Source of the DNA: an uncultured bacterium
Lineage (GTDB): Bacteria > UBP14 > UBA6098 > B30-G16
NCBI GenBank assembly: GCA_965552135.1
Contig: CBEVQY010000001.1
Location: 32,001 to 96,000, forward strand
DNA length: 64,000 nt
Direction: 5' to 3'
The notes below the pieces were generated by a model. It worked only from the letters and a program-made list of their open reading frames with translations. It made no database searches and was not told the DNA's origin. The translations under genes were made by a program, and so were the position numbers. Position 1 is the stretch's first letter; each line of letters opens with the position of its first letter. Positions 39,181 to 48,501 of this stretch are shown here, piece by piece.

Positions 39181-39929
39181 ATCTTCCCCAAAAGAGCCTC
39201 AAGCCTGAGCCACCAAACCAAAAAGAAAGCCTCGTAGATTATCTTCTTGCTTATCTTCGACTCGCCGTGGACGCGGTCCCGAAAGATTATCGGGATCTCC
39301 TTTATCCAAAAGCCCTTGCGCCACACCTTAAACTTCGTCTCTATCTGGAACGAGTATCCGTCGGATCTTATCCTGTCGAGGTCGAGCTCCTCGAGGACCC
39401 TCCTTCGGAACGCCTGGAACCCCGCCGTGGCATCGTGGACGGGAAGACCCGTGACGAAGCGGGAGTATTTGCTTGCCCAGCGCGAGAGAAGCTCTCTTTT
39501 CTTGGGCCAGTTCTCGATGCCGCCACCCTCAACCCAGCGCGAGCCGATGACAAGATCAGCCCCCTCCTCAGCCGCCTTTATCATATCGGGGATGCGGCTT
39601 GGGTCGTGGGAGAAGTCGGCGTCCATCTCAAAGGTGAGGTCGTATCCCTTCTCGAGCGAATACTTGAACCCCATGACGTACGCCGTTCCGAGCCCGAGCT
39701 TGCCCTCCCTGTGTATCACGCTGACCCTCGGGTTTTCGGCGGCGAGCCTGTCGGCTATCTCGCCCGTGCCGTCGGGGGAAGCGTCGTCGATTATGAGGAC
39801 GTCGATCCGATCGTCCTGCTCCAAAACCGCAGGGACTATCCTGCCTATGTTCTCGCGCTCGTTGTAGGTGGGCATCACCACCAAAACGCGCCTTATGGGC
39901 GAAAGGTCCTTTTCGCGCTTCTTCACCAT
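39177..39929 (-). CDS. Polyprenol monophosphomannose synthase (DPM1/Ppm1-like GT2)
   Basis: PTYNERENI, DDASPDGTG, KLGLGTAY, EMDADFSHDP, GYSFQIE, FRDRVHGESK. Confidence 0.9.
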   Translation of the reverse strand: MVKKREKDLSPIRRVLVVMPTYNERENIGRIVPAVLEQDDRIDVLIIDDASPDGTGEIADRLAAENPRVSVIHREGKLGLGTAYVMGFKYSLEKGYDLTFEMDADFSHDPSRIPDMIKAAEEGADLVIGSRWVEGGGIENWPKKRELLSRWASKYSRFVTGLPVHDATAGFQAFRRRVLEELDLDRIRSDGYSFQIETKFKVWRKGFWIKEIPIIFRDRVHGESKISKKIIYEAFFLVWWLRLEALLGKI

Positions 39930-39978
39930 CGCTCCAAAGCCAATTTAAATTCGGCGCGGTTGTGTCGCAGCGCAAGTT

Positions 39979-41151
39979 TTATTTTTCTCGCCCCTTACCG
40001 CCCTCAAGGACAAAAGCCCGAACTATCCCGTCGTCGCCGTATTTCTCGCGGATCTTCGCGAGAGCCTCAAGAAGTTTTTCGTCGACTTCATCGGAGTCCG
40101 AAAAAAGCTCGGGTGGGTTTTTCTGCGACGGCGACAGGTTCGATAGCCCCACGCCCAAAAGCCTTATTGGCGCTGGTGTGGTGCGCTCAAAAAGCTTTGC
40201 CGCCGTCTCGAAGATCCTCTTCGCGCTGCGCGTTGGTGAGGAAAGCGTCTCAGAGCGTGTCACAAGCCTGAAGTCGGCGTATTTGACCTTAAGCGTTACC
40301 GTTCTGCCCACGAGCCCCTCCGCAAGGAGCCTTTCGGCAAGCTTGTCACAGAGCAGAAGAAGCCTTCTTCGCAGCGTGTGGGCGTCGGCGATGTCGACCT
40401 CAAACGTCCGCTCGACGGAGATGCTCTTCCGCTCACGCTCGGGCACGACGGGGCTCTGGTCTTCGCCGAGGGCGAGGGAGAACAGGGCATCGCCCGCCTT
40501 GCCGAAGAGGCGGACGAAAAGCTCCCTGGGGAAGCGCAGAACGTCGCCAACCCTGCGGATCCCTATCCTCAAAAGCTTCTCCTCAAACTTTTTGCCGACG
40601 CCCGGAAGCGCCGATACGGGCAGCGGGTCGAGGAACTCCCGCACCCGTTCGGGCGGGACGACGACAAAACCGTCGGGCTTGCCGAAGTCGCTTGCGATCT
40701 TCGCAAGCATCTTGTTGGGCGCAACGCCCACCGATGCCGTAAGACCCGTCTCCTTTTTTATCGTGCGCTTGATCCGCCTGGCGGTTTCGACGGGGTCGCC
40801 GAAGAGGCGCTGTGTGCCCGTGAGGTCGACGTATGCCTCGTCGATGGATGCGAACTCCACAAGGGGCGAGAACCGCAGGAGGATCTCCCGTATTTGGCGC
40901 GATATCTGCTCGTATCGCTGGAATCGCGGTCGCAGGAAGACCGCGTGGGGGCACAGGCGGTAGGCTTTTTTGATGGGCATTGCGGAGCGCACGCCGTACT
41001 TTCGCGCCTCGTACGACGCCGCAGATACAACGCCGCGCCCTTTGAAGGGATCACCGCCAACTATGACGGGTTTGCCGCGGAGCTCGGGGCGATCGAGCTG
41101 CTCCACCGAGGCGTAGAAGGCGTCCATATCTATGTGGGCTATCACCCTCAC
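39979..41151 (-). CDS. dinB: DNA polymerase IV
   Basis: HIDMDAFYASVE, ASYEARKYGVRSAMP, SIDEAYVD, AKIASDFGKPDG. Confidence 0.96.
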   Translation of the reverse strand: MRVIAHIDMDAFYASVEQLDRPELRGKPVIVGGDPFKGRGVVSAASYEARKYGVRSAMPIKKAYRLCPHAVFLRPRFQRYEQISRQIREILLRFSPLVEFASIDEAYVDLTGTQRLFGDPVETARRIKRTIKKETGLTASVGVAPNKMLAKIASDFGKPDGFVVVPPERVREFLDPLPVSALPGVGKKFEEKLLRIGIRRVGDVLRFPRELFVRLFGKAGDALFSLALGEDQSPVVPERERKSISVERTFEVDIADAHTLRRRLLLLCDKLAERLLAEGLVGRTVTLKVKYADFRLVTRSETLSSPTRSAKRIFETAAKLFERTTPAPIRLLGVGLSNLSPSQKNPPELFSDSDEVDEKLLEALAKIREKYGDDGIVRAFVLEGGKGREK

Positions 41152-42494
41152 TTGCCGACGCAGAACCTCTCGAAGATCTCCTCGTACACCGACTCCACCT
41201 CGCCCGGCGCGGCGATTTGGGCGAGGAGCCCCTCAGCCCTCTCGAGAACGGCCTGCGCCACGTCGATAAACGATTTCTTGAGGGCGTCGACCGCCACGCA
41301 AAGCTCGTCGGCAGCCTGGGCGACGAGGCTTTCGGTGCGGGCAGTGAGCATAACGGCGTCCGCGGGGACGTCGGCGACCAGGCTCTCAAGCTTCTCCAGA
41401 AGGTCTTCGACGCCGTCGCCCTTGAGGGCGGAGATGGGGATCGCCTCTGGGAAGCGCGCGCAGACTTCGCGGCGCAGTCCGAGGTCGGATTTGTTGAGGA
41501 CGACGACGTTGTTCGTCTCCAGCGGGGGCGGATTTCTGCCGCCCGCCGAGCCGTCCACCACCCACACGACGACGTCTGCGCTCTGCAGAGCGCTTTCGGC
41601 TCGCCTTATCCCCTCGACCTCGACGGGATGCTCCGCCTCCCTTATGCCCGCGGTGTCGAGCAGCTTCACGGGGATGCCTCCTATCTCCACCGTCGCCTCG
41701 ATGATGTCGCGGGTCGTTCCCGGGTGGGGCGTCACTATTGCGCGCTCCGCGCCGACTATCCTGTTGAAGAGCGTGGATTTGCCGGCGTTTGGCTCGCCGG
41801 CTATCACGACGACGACGCCGTCGTCAAGCGCCCTTGAGGCCGATGCCCTGCGGAGAACGTCGAGCAAGACGCGCCTTTGCGCCTCAAGCTCATCCACCCA
41901 GCGCTCTATGTTGGGCTGCGGCAAATCGTCCTCTGGGAACTCGAGGGAGGCGACCATCTCGACGAGGACGTCCCGCACCCTCCGCCACGACTCCCGAAGT
42001 TTTTGGGATGTTGCCGCGGTTCGCCTCGCCGCGAAGAGCGCTCGCTCCGTCTGCGCCGAAACCGTCGCCAAAACGGCTTCGGCTTCGATGGGGTTCATCT
42101 TGCCGTTCGCTATCGCGCGCAGGGTGAACTCTCCGGGGAAGGCGAGCCTTGCACCGCAGGAGGTGAGCCTGTCGAGGACGAGCCGCAAAAGGACGGGGTT
42201 GCCGTGCAGCGAAAGCTCGACCATATCCTCGCCGGTGTAGCTTTTGGGCTTTTTGAACACGGTGGCGACGGCCCTCTCGTGCACACCGTTGATCCTTAGC
42301 TTTACGACCGACGCTCTGTTTGGCGGGAAGTCGCTTATTGGCGGCGACGGGCTCAGGCACCTTTGGACGACGTCTATTGCGCCTTCGCCGCTTATCCTCA
42401 GGATTCCCAGCGCTGCGCGACCGTGGGGGGTTGCCACAGCGGCTATAACCTCGCCCGAGAGCGCTCGCGAAAGCTTTTCGTGCAGATCCATCAT
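41148..42494 (-). CDS. mnmE: tRNA modification GTPase MnmE
   Basis: IAAVATPHG, PKSYTGED, PGEFTLRA, GEPNAGKS, GTTRD, DTAGIR; ends IFERFCVGK. Confidence 0.95.
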   Translation of the reverse strand: MMDLHEKLSRALSGEVIAAVATPHGRAALGILRISGEGAIDVVQRCLSPSPPISDFPPNRASVVKLRINGVHERAVATVFKKPKSYTGEDMVELSLHGNPVLLRLVLDRLTSCGARLAFPGEFTLRAIANGKMNPIEAEAVLATVSAQTERALFAARRTAATSQKLRESWRRVRDVLVEMVASLEFPEDDLPQPNIERWVDELEAQRRVLLDVLRRASASRALDDGVVVVIAGEPNAGKSTLFNRIVGAERAIVTPHPGTTRDIIEATVEIGGIPVKLLDTAGIREAEHPVEVEGIRRAESALQSADVVVWVVDGSAGGRNPPPLETNNVVVLNKSDLGLRREVCARFPEAIPISALKGDGVEDLLEKLESLVADVPADAVMLTARTESLVAQAADELCVAVDALKKSFIDVAQAVLERAEGLLAQIAAPGEVESVYEEIFERFCVGK

Positions 42495-43816
42495 CGCCTC
42501 GCAAAGGCGCCCTTGACCACGCTCCCCCAAAGAACCCACGTGCCGGCTTCGGTTATTTCGACGGGGATGATCTCCCCGCGCTTCGCGCCACACGCAGCCG
42601 ACAGAAGGACCGTTCTGCCCGAGGGCGCGGTCCCGCGGAGCATGCCGGGGTTTTTGGGGGCAACTCCCTCCACCAAAACGTCCTGCAGGGTGCCCAAAAG
42701 CCTGCGGGAAAAGTCCTTGGCAAGCTCTATCCCAAGGGCGATGACCTCGTTGAGGCGCCTTATCTTGACGTCTTCGGGCACGTCGTCGGGCAGCTTTGCC
42801 GCCGCCGTCCCAGGGCGAACCGAGTACCTGAACGCAAAAGTCCCCGCAAAGCCCACCCTGCGCATCACATTGAGCGTCGCCCGGTGATCCGCTTCGGTCT
42901 CGCCGGGAAAGCCGCAGATTATGTCGGTCGTTATCGCCGCATCCGGAAAGCGGCGGTATATGCGCTCCACGAGGTCGAGGTAGTATGCGGCGGTGTACCT
43001 CCTGTTCATGGCGCGCAGGATCGCGTCGCTCCCGGACTGGAGCGGGAGATGGAACGACGGCGGAATCACGTCCCTGTGCGCCTCGACCACGTCCAGGACG
43101 GCGTCGGAGAAGTCCTTGGGGTGGTTCGTGACGAACCGAAGCCTCAAAAGACCCTCAAGCTCCGCTACCATCCCGAGGAGCTTTGGGAAATCTGTGTCGC
43201 CAAAGCGGTAGGAGTTCACGTTCTGCCCCAAAAGGGTTATCTCGACCACCCCCCTTTGCAGAAGTTCCCGCACTTCGCGCAGGATTTCGTCTGGGCTTCT
43301 GCTGCGCTCCCTGCCGCGGACGTAGGGGACGATGCAGTAGGTGCAGAAGTTGTTACATCCCCGCATGATGGTCACGAACGCGGAGACGGCGCCCTCCTTC
43401 GTGTGTGCCGGCACACCAAGCCCCGTGAAGTCGGGCTTTGTGTCCACAAAGACGCCGCCAGGAATATCGCCCTCGACTATGCGGGGGATCACGTCGAGCC
43501 TGTCGGTTCCGACGACGAAGTCGAGTCCTGGGATCTGCTCCAAAAGCTTTTCGCCCAGCTTCTGAGCGACGCATCCGATCACGCCCACACTTACCCACGG
43601 TCGGCGCTTCTTCAGCCCGACAAGCGCCCTAAGCCTTCCCAGGGCGCGGTCCTCGGCGTGCTGCCTTACGGCGCACGTGTTGACGATGATCACGTCGGCG
43701 TCCCTGGGCGATTCGGTCCAGATGTGACCCTCACCCTCCAGAAGCGCCCTGAGGGCGGCGGAGTCGTACTTGTTCATCTGGCAGCCGTAGGTCACTATGT
43801 GGAACTTCCTCTTCAT
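42491..43816 (-). CDS. miaB: tRNA-2-methylthio-N6-dimethylallyladenosine synthase (radical SAM)
   Basis: TYGCQMNKYDS, NTCAVR, CNNFCTYCIVPY, LLGQNVNSY, TRAM domain; ATG 43816. Confidence 0.96.
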   Translation of the reverse strand: MKRKFHIVTYGCQMNKYDSAALRALLEGEGHIWTESPRDADVIIVNTCAVRQHAEDRALGRLRALVGLKKRRPWVSVGVIGCVAQKLGEKLLEQIPGLDFVVGTDRLDVIPRIVEGDIPGGVFVDTKPDFTGLGVPAHTKEGAVSAFVTIMRGCNNFCTYCIVPYVRGRERSRSPDEILREVRELLQRGVVEITLLGQNVNSYRFGDTDFPKLLGMVAELEGLLRLRFVTNHPKDFSDAVLDVVEAHRDVIPPSFHLPLQSGSDAILRAMNRRYTAAYYLDLVERIYRRFPDAAITTDIICGFPGETEADHRATLNVMRRVGFAGTFAFRYSVRPGTAAAKLPDDVPEDVKIRRLNEVIALGIELAKDFSRRLLGTLQDVLVEGVAPKNPGMLRGTAPSGRTVLLSAACGAKRGEIIPVEITEAGTWVLWGSVVKGAFARR

Positions 43817-43881
43817 ATTTCGATAAAAAAGCGCCCTGCCGGGCGCCACGGGAACCACGGGAAAGCCAGCCCGCATAAAGA

Positions 43882-44502
43882 CTACCTGTGCGCCTTGGCT
43901 CGGGCACGCTCCTTTATCTCAAGCCATGCCTGCATGGCGTTCGTCTTAAGCTCCGCGAAATCGCCGTTGTTTTTGACTATGATGGAGTGCCTCGGGTGGA
44001 AGGTTTTGAATAGCTCCTCCTGCGCCTGGATTCTGCGCTCGGCGTCCTCCTGCGAAAGCCCCCTCTGGCGGATGAGCCTGTTCATAAGCTGCCATTTCGG
44101 CGCCTCGACTATGACGATGAGGTCCATCGCCTTCGCCAGGTCCCAGCGGGGCAAAAGCGCAGCATCCAAAACGACAACACCTGGAAATCCACCCTTCTGG
44201 AAGTCGACTATTATGTCCCTTATGCGGGCACAAAGCGGCTTTTCCATTATGCTGTTGAGCTTTTCAAGGTTCTCGGAGCTTGAGAAGACAACAGCGGCAA
44301 GCTGAGAGCGATCTATCTCGCCGGCGCCGTCCAGAACGCCCTCGCCGAAGGCATCGACTATGCGCTTCTTTATCGCAGGCTCCTTGAGAAGCTTATGCCC
44401 TATCCTGTCGGCATCGATGAGATAGGCGCCCATGTCTTTATATAACTTCGCCACCGATGTCTTGCCCGAAGCGATCAAACCGGTTATGCCCACGAGGTAC
44501 AT
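43882..44502 (-). CDS. coaE: Dephospho-CoA kinase
   Basis: VGITGLIASGKTSV, IDADRIGH, IDRSQLA..VF; ATG 44502. Confidence 0.92.
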   Translation of the reverse strand: MYLVGITGLIASGKTSVAKLYKDMGAYLIDADRIGHKLLKEPAIKKRIVDAFGEGVLDGAGEIDRSQLAAVVFSSSENLEKLNSIMEKPLCARIRDIIVDFQKGGFPGVVVLDAALLPRWDLAKAMDLIVIVEAPKWQLMNRLIRQRGLSQEDAERRIQAQEELFKTFHPRHSIIVKNNGDFAELKTNAMQAWLEIKERARAKAHR

Positions 44503-44538
44503 AGCCCCTCCTTGGACTTCCAATCGCCCAGTTTTTAA

Positions 44539-44566
44539 ATAATATCGCCGCTTTGCGGCAAGTCAA
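44539..44566 (-). promoter_or_regulatory. Putative sigma70 promoter for coaE-miaB-mnmE-dinB
   Basis: TTGACT-16 nt-TATTAT on the minus strand. Confidence 0.45.
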
Positions 44567-44587
44567 GCCCAAAAGGCTTGGTTTTGC

Positions 44588-46165
44588 TCAGCTCAACGCT
44601 TTGGAGATAATCGCCCCAAGCTTTCGCGCCTCGGGGACCGAAAGGAGACTCGTGATCGTCCAGTACGCCACGGCAGCGGCAGCGGCGAGCAGAGCAAGCA
44701 TGGCAAGGCGCGTTGCCTTTGCACCAAAGCCGACGACGTTGAAGTCTATCTGATTTGCGCAGAGGGCAACAACAGCGGCAACCGCAGCGGCGGCGAATAT
44801 CGATTTCGCCACAAGCCCGGCGATGGGCTTCAGACGAATTCTGACTCTCCTTCGCAGCCGTAGTATGAAGACGAGGTCGAGCGCGGCAAACGCCGCAGCG
44901 AAGGTGGCGACAAGCCCGAGGAAGCCGAAGATCCTGAGCATGACGACGTCCGCGGCCATCGCCGCAAGCCACACCGCCGAGCCTGTGGTTGCGAGGGATT
45001 TGGTGTCCCACACGGCGGCAAGGACCCTCCCCAGGAAGATACTGAACCCCTGGAACACGAACCCGATCGCGAGGATTTTGATCGCGGCGGCGGTATCGGC
45101 TGCGGCAGCGAGGGAGAAACGCCCCTGCCTCAAAAGAACGTAGACGACAGGCTTTGCCATAACGAAAAGCCCGAAGGCGGCGGGGATGAAAAGGTATAGC
45201 CCGAAGCGTGCAACCTCCTCAAGCTGCGCCGCAAGCGCGTCGGTCCTTCCAGCCGAGGAGGTCTCCGATATGCTCGGGTGAACCACAACGAAGAGGGGCT
45301 GCACGAAGAGATACACTGTGGCGCCCACGATCATCTGCGCCAGGGAGAGCGCCGTTATTTTGCCCGCGGGCAGAAAGGACGCCAGGAATCGTTCGAACAC
45401 CCTGAACGCCTGCGCCGCAGCGTTGAACGCAACCGCCAGCGCACACTGCGCCGCAAGCCCCCCAACCTGCGGGTCGCGGAACGTGGGTCTACCTATGGGG
45501 CGAAATCCCTTTTGTATCAGGGCTGCGGCGACTACAGCCACTGCGCAAAGCGCTCCCAGAACGTGCCCAAGCCCCAGCGAATATATCCCCATGCTCTTGT
45601 GGAAGGCAACGAGCGCTGCAATGACTGCTACGGTTATCGTAAGGGCAGCGATCTCCGGCACGACGAACGACCTTTTCGCGTGCAGCGCGGCTGCAAGGAT
45701 GAAGAACGCTCCTGAAACAAGCGCCGCAGGAAGCATGTAAAGCGTCAGTCCGGTCAGGCTTTCCTTCGATTGGGCAGCTAACCCCGGCGCCACCACGGGG
45801 ATCCAAAGCGACGCCGTTGCGCACAGGAGCACTATAAGCGTTCCCCCCACCAAAACGAGATCACCCACCAGCGATGCCAAAAGCCTTTTTGCCGCGGCAG
45901 CGCCGCCCTTTACCTCGGCATCCAGAAGGGCTGTTGTAACCATTGCCTGCGTGAGTCCCGCACCGAAAAAGAGCGAGAGCATATTGAAAAGCTGGAAGGC
46001 GATGAAGTACGCATCGGTTTTTCCGGTTGCGCCGAAGATCCTTGCGATGAGCACTTGCCGCACCAGCGCCGCAAGCCGCGCCGCAACCCTCAGCACAGAA
46101 AGCGTTGCGGCGCTGCGGGCAGCCGAACCCGTAACTACACCCTCTTGACCCTCAGATCTGACCAT
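44588..46165 (-). CDS. MurJ/MviN-type lipid-linked glycan flippase
   Basis: RQVLIARIFGATGKTDAYFIAF, PAAFGL...RQGRF...TA; about 14 TM segments; lies in a polysaccharide export cassette. Confidence 0.8.
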   Translation of the reverse strand: MVRSEGQEGVVTGSAARSAATLSVLRVAARLAALVRQVLIARIFGATGKTDAYFIAFQLFNMLSLFFGAGLTQAMVTTALLDAEVKGGAAAAKRLLASLVGDLVLVGGTLIVLLCATASLWIPVVAPGLAAQSKESLTGLTLYMLPAALVSGAFFILAAALHAKRSFVVPEIAALTITVAVIAALVAFHKSMGIYSLGLGHVLGALCAVAVVAAALIQKGFRPIGRPTFRDPQVGGLAAQCALAVAFNAAAQAFRVFERFLASFLPAGKITALSLAQMIVGATVYLFVQPLFVVVHPSISETSSAGRTDALAAQLEEVARFGLYLFIPAAFGLFVMAKPVVYVLLRQGRFSLAAAADTAAAIKILAIGFVFQGFSIFLGRVLAAVWDTKSLATTGSAVWLAAMAADVVMLRIFGFLGLVATFAAAFAALDLVFILRLRRRVRIRLKPIAGLVAKSIFAAAAVAAVVALCANQIDFNVVGFGAKATRLAMLALLAAAAAVAYWTITSLLSVPEARKLGAIISKALS

Positions 46166-47556
46166 AGATGCGAATTAAAGGCGATGAAGAAAGACATCGA
46201 GATTATAGCCGTAGGCGAGATCCAAAGATGGGAGTTTGTGAGCGCCATCGCAAGCGCTGTGGGTATCGCGGCAAGCCCCACAATGGCGAAACAACGCACA
46301 AAACCGGAGTCGACGCGCTCAATCCTGCGCATAAGCTTAAATCCCACCACGAGTGAAGTTACGCAAATACTTAAAAAAGCTGCAAGCCCTACGACCCCCG
46401 CTTTGCACAGAATGAGAGGATATAAACTGTCGATGAAGAAAAAGCCCCTCATGGTCGCAAAAGTCGTTCCCAAGCCTGTTCCCCAAAGGATGCTTGACTG
46501 TTTGAGCTTGTGCAAAGCCTCTATGGTTTCTATGAACCTTGCCTGCAGGGAGGGGACGAACCGCAGATTTTGCGGTTCTGCGAAAACTATAAGCGATTGT
46601 TTTAAGGCGAAGACAAATGGCGACGTTGGCTCGGCAAAAAAAGCGGGGATGATTATCACTGCAACAATTCCCGCCAGTCCGAAAACCGCGGCAAAGCGCA
46701 GCAAGAAGACGGTCCTCGCCCTTCCCCGAAGGCTAAGCGCATAGAACAAAGCGGAAAATATCATCGCAAAAGCCATGCCAGCTATAAAAGTTCTGAATCT
46801 TGAGTAGACAAGCAGAGCAAGCTGAGCCAAAGTCAAAAGCCACCAGCTTCTTTTGACGGAAAGTCCTAAAAGGAAGGTGAGCGCAGTGGACATGCTGAAG
46901 ATGAAGAGGTTAAAACCCCATATCCTTGCGGTTCGGAACTCCACCACCTCCACCGTGGTGATATGCATGACGATTTTGAACGCGAACGCGGCAGCTCCTG
47001 CAAGCGCAGCATAAAGCCAGTGCCGCCCGAATCGTTCCAGGTTGCCCCAATAGGTGAAAACGTATCTGAAAACAAAAACCCAGATGAAGTGCATAGGACC
47101 TCGGAAGAAGTCGCTTCTGAACGCGCTGCCGTACTGCCCTTTCGCAATCCCTATCGCGGCGGCGATTATGAGCGCCAAAATATATGATCCAACGGCAGCC
47201 TCCACAGCGCCGAGTCTGCGGACAAAATCGTAAACTCTGCGAACCTGGACGTCGAAGGCAAGGGAGCAAAGGATCAAAAGGGCGGCGAGGTCGGATGGGC
47301 GCACGAACATCCCGCCGAACTTAAAGGACACAAACATGGGCGCTACCTGCACGGTCCACAGTGTCAGCACAGATATAAGCGCGGGCGACGCCACAAAGGA
47401 CACCACAAGTATACAGACGCCAAACAAAAGCAGAAGGAACCTGAACTTTTGCCACTTGTAAAGCGCCAGGGCGGAGAAAAGAGAGAGCGAAGTTACGATG
47501 AAAGCTAAAACACACTGCGGGAGTCGACGCAGTCTATTAAGAAGTCTTAAAACCAT
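46135..47556 (-). CDS. O-antigen ligase / Wzy polymerase-like membrane protein
   Basis: Many TM segments; SRFRT, SLQARF, LWGTGLG, DSLY..IL.K.GVVGL pattern of the WaaL/Wzy family; ATG 47556. Confidence 0.7.
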   Translation of the reverse strand: MVLRLLNRLRRLPQCVLAFIVTSLSLFSALALYKWQKFRFLLLLFGVCILVVSFVASPALISVLTLWTVQVAPMFVSFKFGGMFVRPSDLAALLILCSLAFDVQVRRVYDFVRRLGAVEAAVGSYILALIIAAAIGIAKGQYGSAFRSDFFRGPMHFIWVFVFRYVFTYWGNLERFGRHWLYAALAGAAAFAFKIVMHITTVEVVEFRTARIWGFNLFIFSMSTALTFLLGLSVKRSWWLLTLAQLALLVYSRFRTFIAGMAFAMIFSALFYALSLRGRARTVFLLRFAAVFGLAGIVAVIIIPAFFAEPTSPFVFALKQSLIVFAEPQNLRFVPSLQARFIETIEALHKLKQSSILWGTGLGTTFATMRGFFFIDSLYPLILCKAGVVGLAAFLSICVTSLVVGFKLMRRIERVDSGFVRCFAIVGLAAIPTALAMALTNSHLWISPTAIISMSFFIAFNSHLWSDLRVKRV

Positions 47557-47563
47557 GTCTCCT

Positions 47564-48499
47564 TTATTTTCGTCTGAGGAAGACGGAGCGGATGGCGTCC
47601 CACCTCTCCGCCAGCGTGACGTAAGCAGCCGCAAGGATGCACCCTAAAGCAACCCCTGCGGCCAGAACGAACGACCGTCTTGGTCCGGTCTTGGTCCGCG
47701 GCACCTCGGGCGGATCAAGCACGTTGACGCTGGGAACGGATTTTACCATATTAAGCCTTGCCGACTCAAGCTGCTGCACGATATAGCGGTAAGCGTCCTT
47801 GCGGGCATCGAGTATGACGCGAAGACGCTCGTACTCCATATTCGCGACAGGATCAGTGGAGTAGTTCTTGTGGGTCCTGACAAATACACGCAGGCTCTCT
47901 TGGGCAGCATCAAGCTGATTCAGGCACTCCCGAAGACGAACCGTAAGGTACTCGTACTCCTTGCGGGCTTGAGTCTGCATGTTGTGTTGAAGGAACCACT
48001 CAAGCTTCTCAAGCCACGTCTTCACCGCAAAGTACGAAAGGTATGGATCCTTCGACGTGAAGCTCAAAGTCACAATGCCTTTTTCTATTGAATAGGTTAC
48101 TTTAGCCTTTCCCAAAAAGCCTTTGTAAGCTTTGTCATTGCTTCGCCACAAAAACAGGGAACGCATCGACGAAGCGCCCGTTTTACGCTGTAAGACAGAA
48201 TCGAACGGGGCATCTACGGTTGCGAGAACCACCTGACGGCTCTTTAAGATTTCAGGGAAGAGGAGGCTTGAGATTCCCGAGGATGTCGCAAGCTGTTCCA
48301 GGGTTGATGGCAAAAACCCGGCGATAAGTCCCAAAGGTCCGCTGGTTGGTCCTGAGGGGAGGAGCGACGCCGAAGCCGTATATTTGTTGGGCAAAAGAAT
48401 CGCGTAGACCAGGAAGGCGACGGTAGAGGCAGCTATAATCCCTGCGCAAACGCGCCTATGCTTGACCAGAACCGCCAATATGGAGACCGCTCTTCCCAT
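47564..48499 (-). CDS. Polysaccharide chain-length determinant (Wzz/GNVR-like)
   Basis: TM, YTASASLLP, EILKSR, coiled coil, VLDPPEVP..KTGPRR, TM. Confidence 0.85.
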   Translation of the reverse strand: MGRAVSILAVLVKHRRVCAGIIAASTVAFLVYAILLPNKYTASASLLPSGPTSGPLGLIAGFLPSTLEQLATSSGISSLLFPEILKSRQVVLATVDAPFDSVLQRKTGASSMRSLFLWRSNDKAYKGFLGKAKVTYSIEKGIVTLSFTSKDPYLSYFAVKTWLEKLEWFLQHNMQTQARKEYEYLTVRLRECLNQLDAAQESLRVFVRTHKNYSTDPVANMEYERLRVILDARKDAYRYIVQQLESARLNMVKSVPSVNVLDPPEVPRTKTGPRRSFVLAAGVALGCILAAAYVTLAERWDAIRSVFLRRK

Positions 48500-48501
48500 G
48501 T

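Noticed and set aside
40378..44305. Long antisense ORFs (620 aa at 40378-42240, 473 aa at 42884-44305; likewise 27104-28978, 7504-8991 and the alternate-frame 3288-5147)
   Set aside because: They are shadow frames of clearly identified genes in high-GC DNA, with no recognisable motifs
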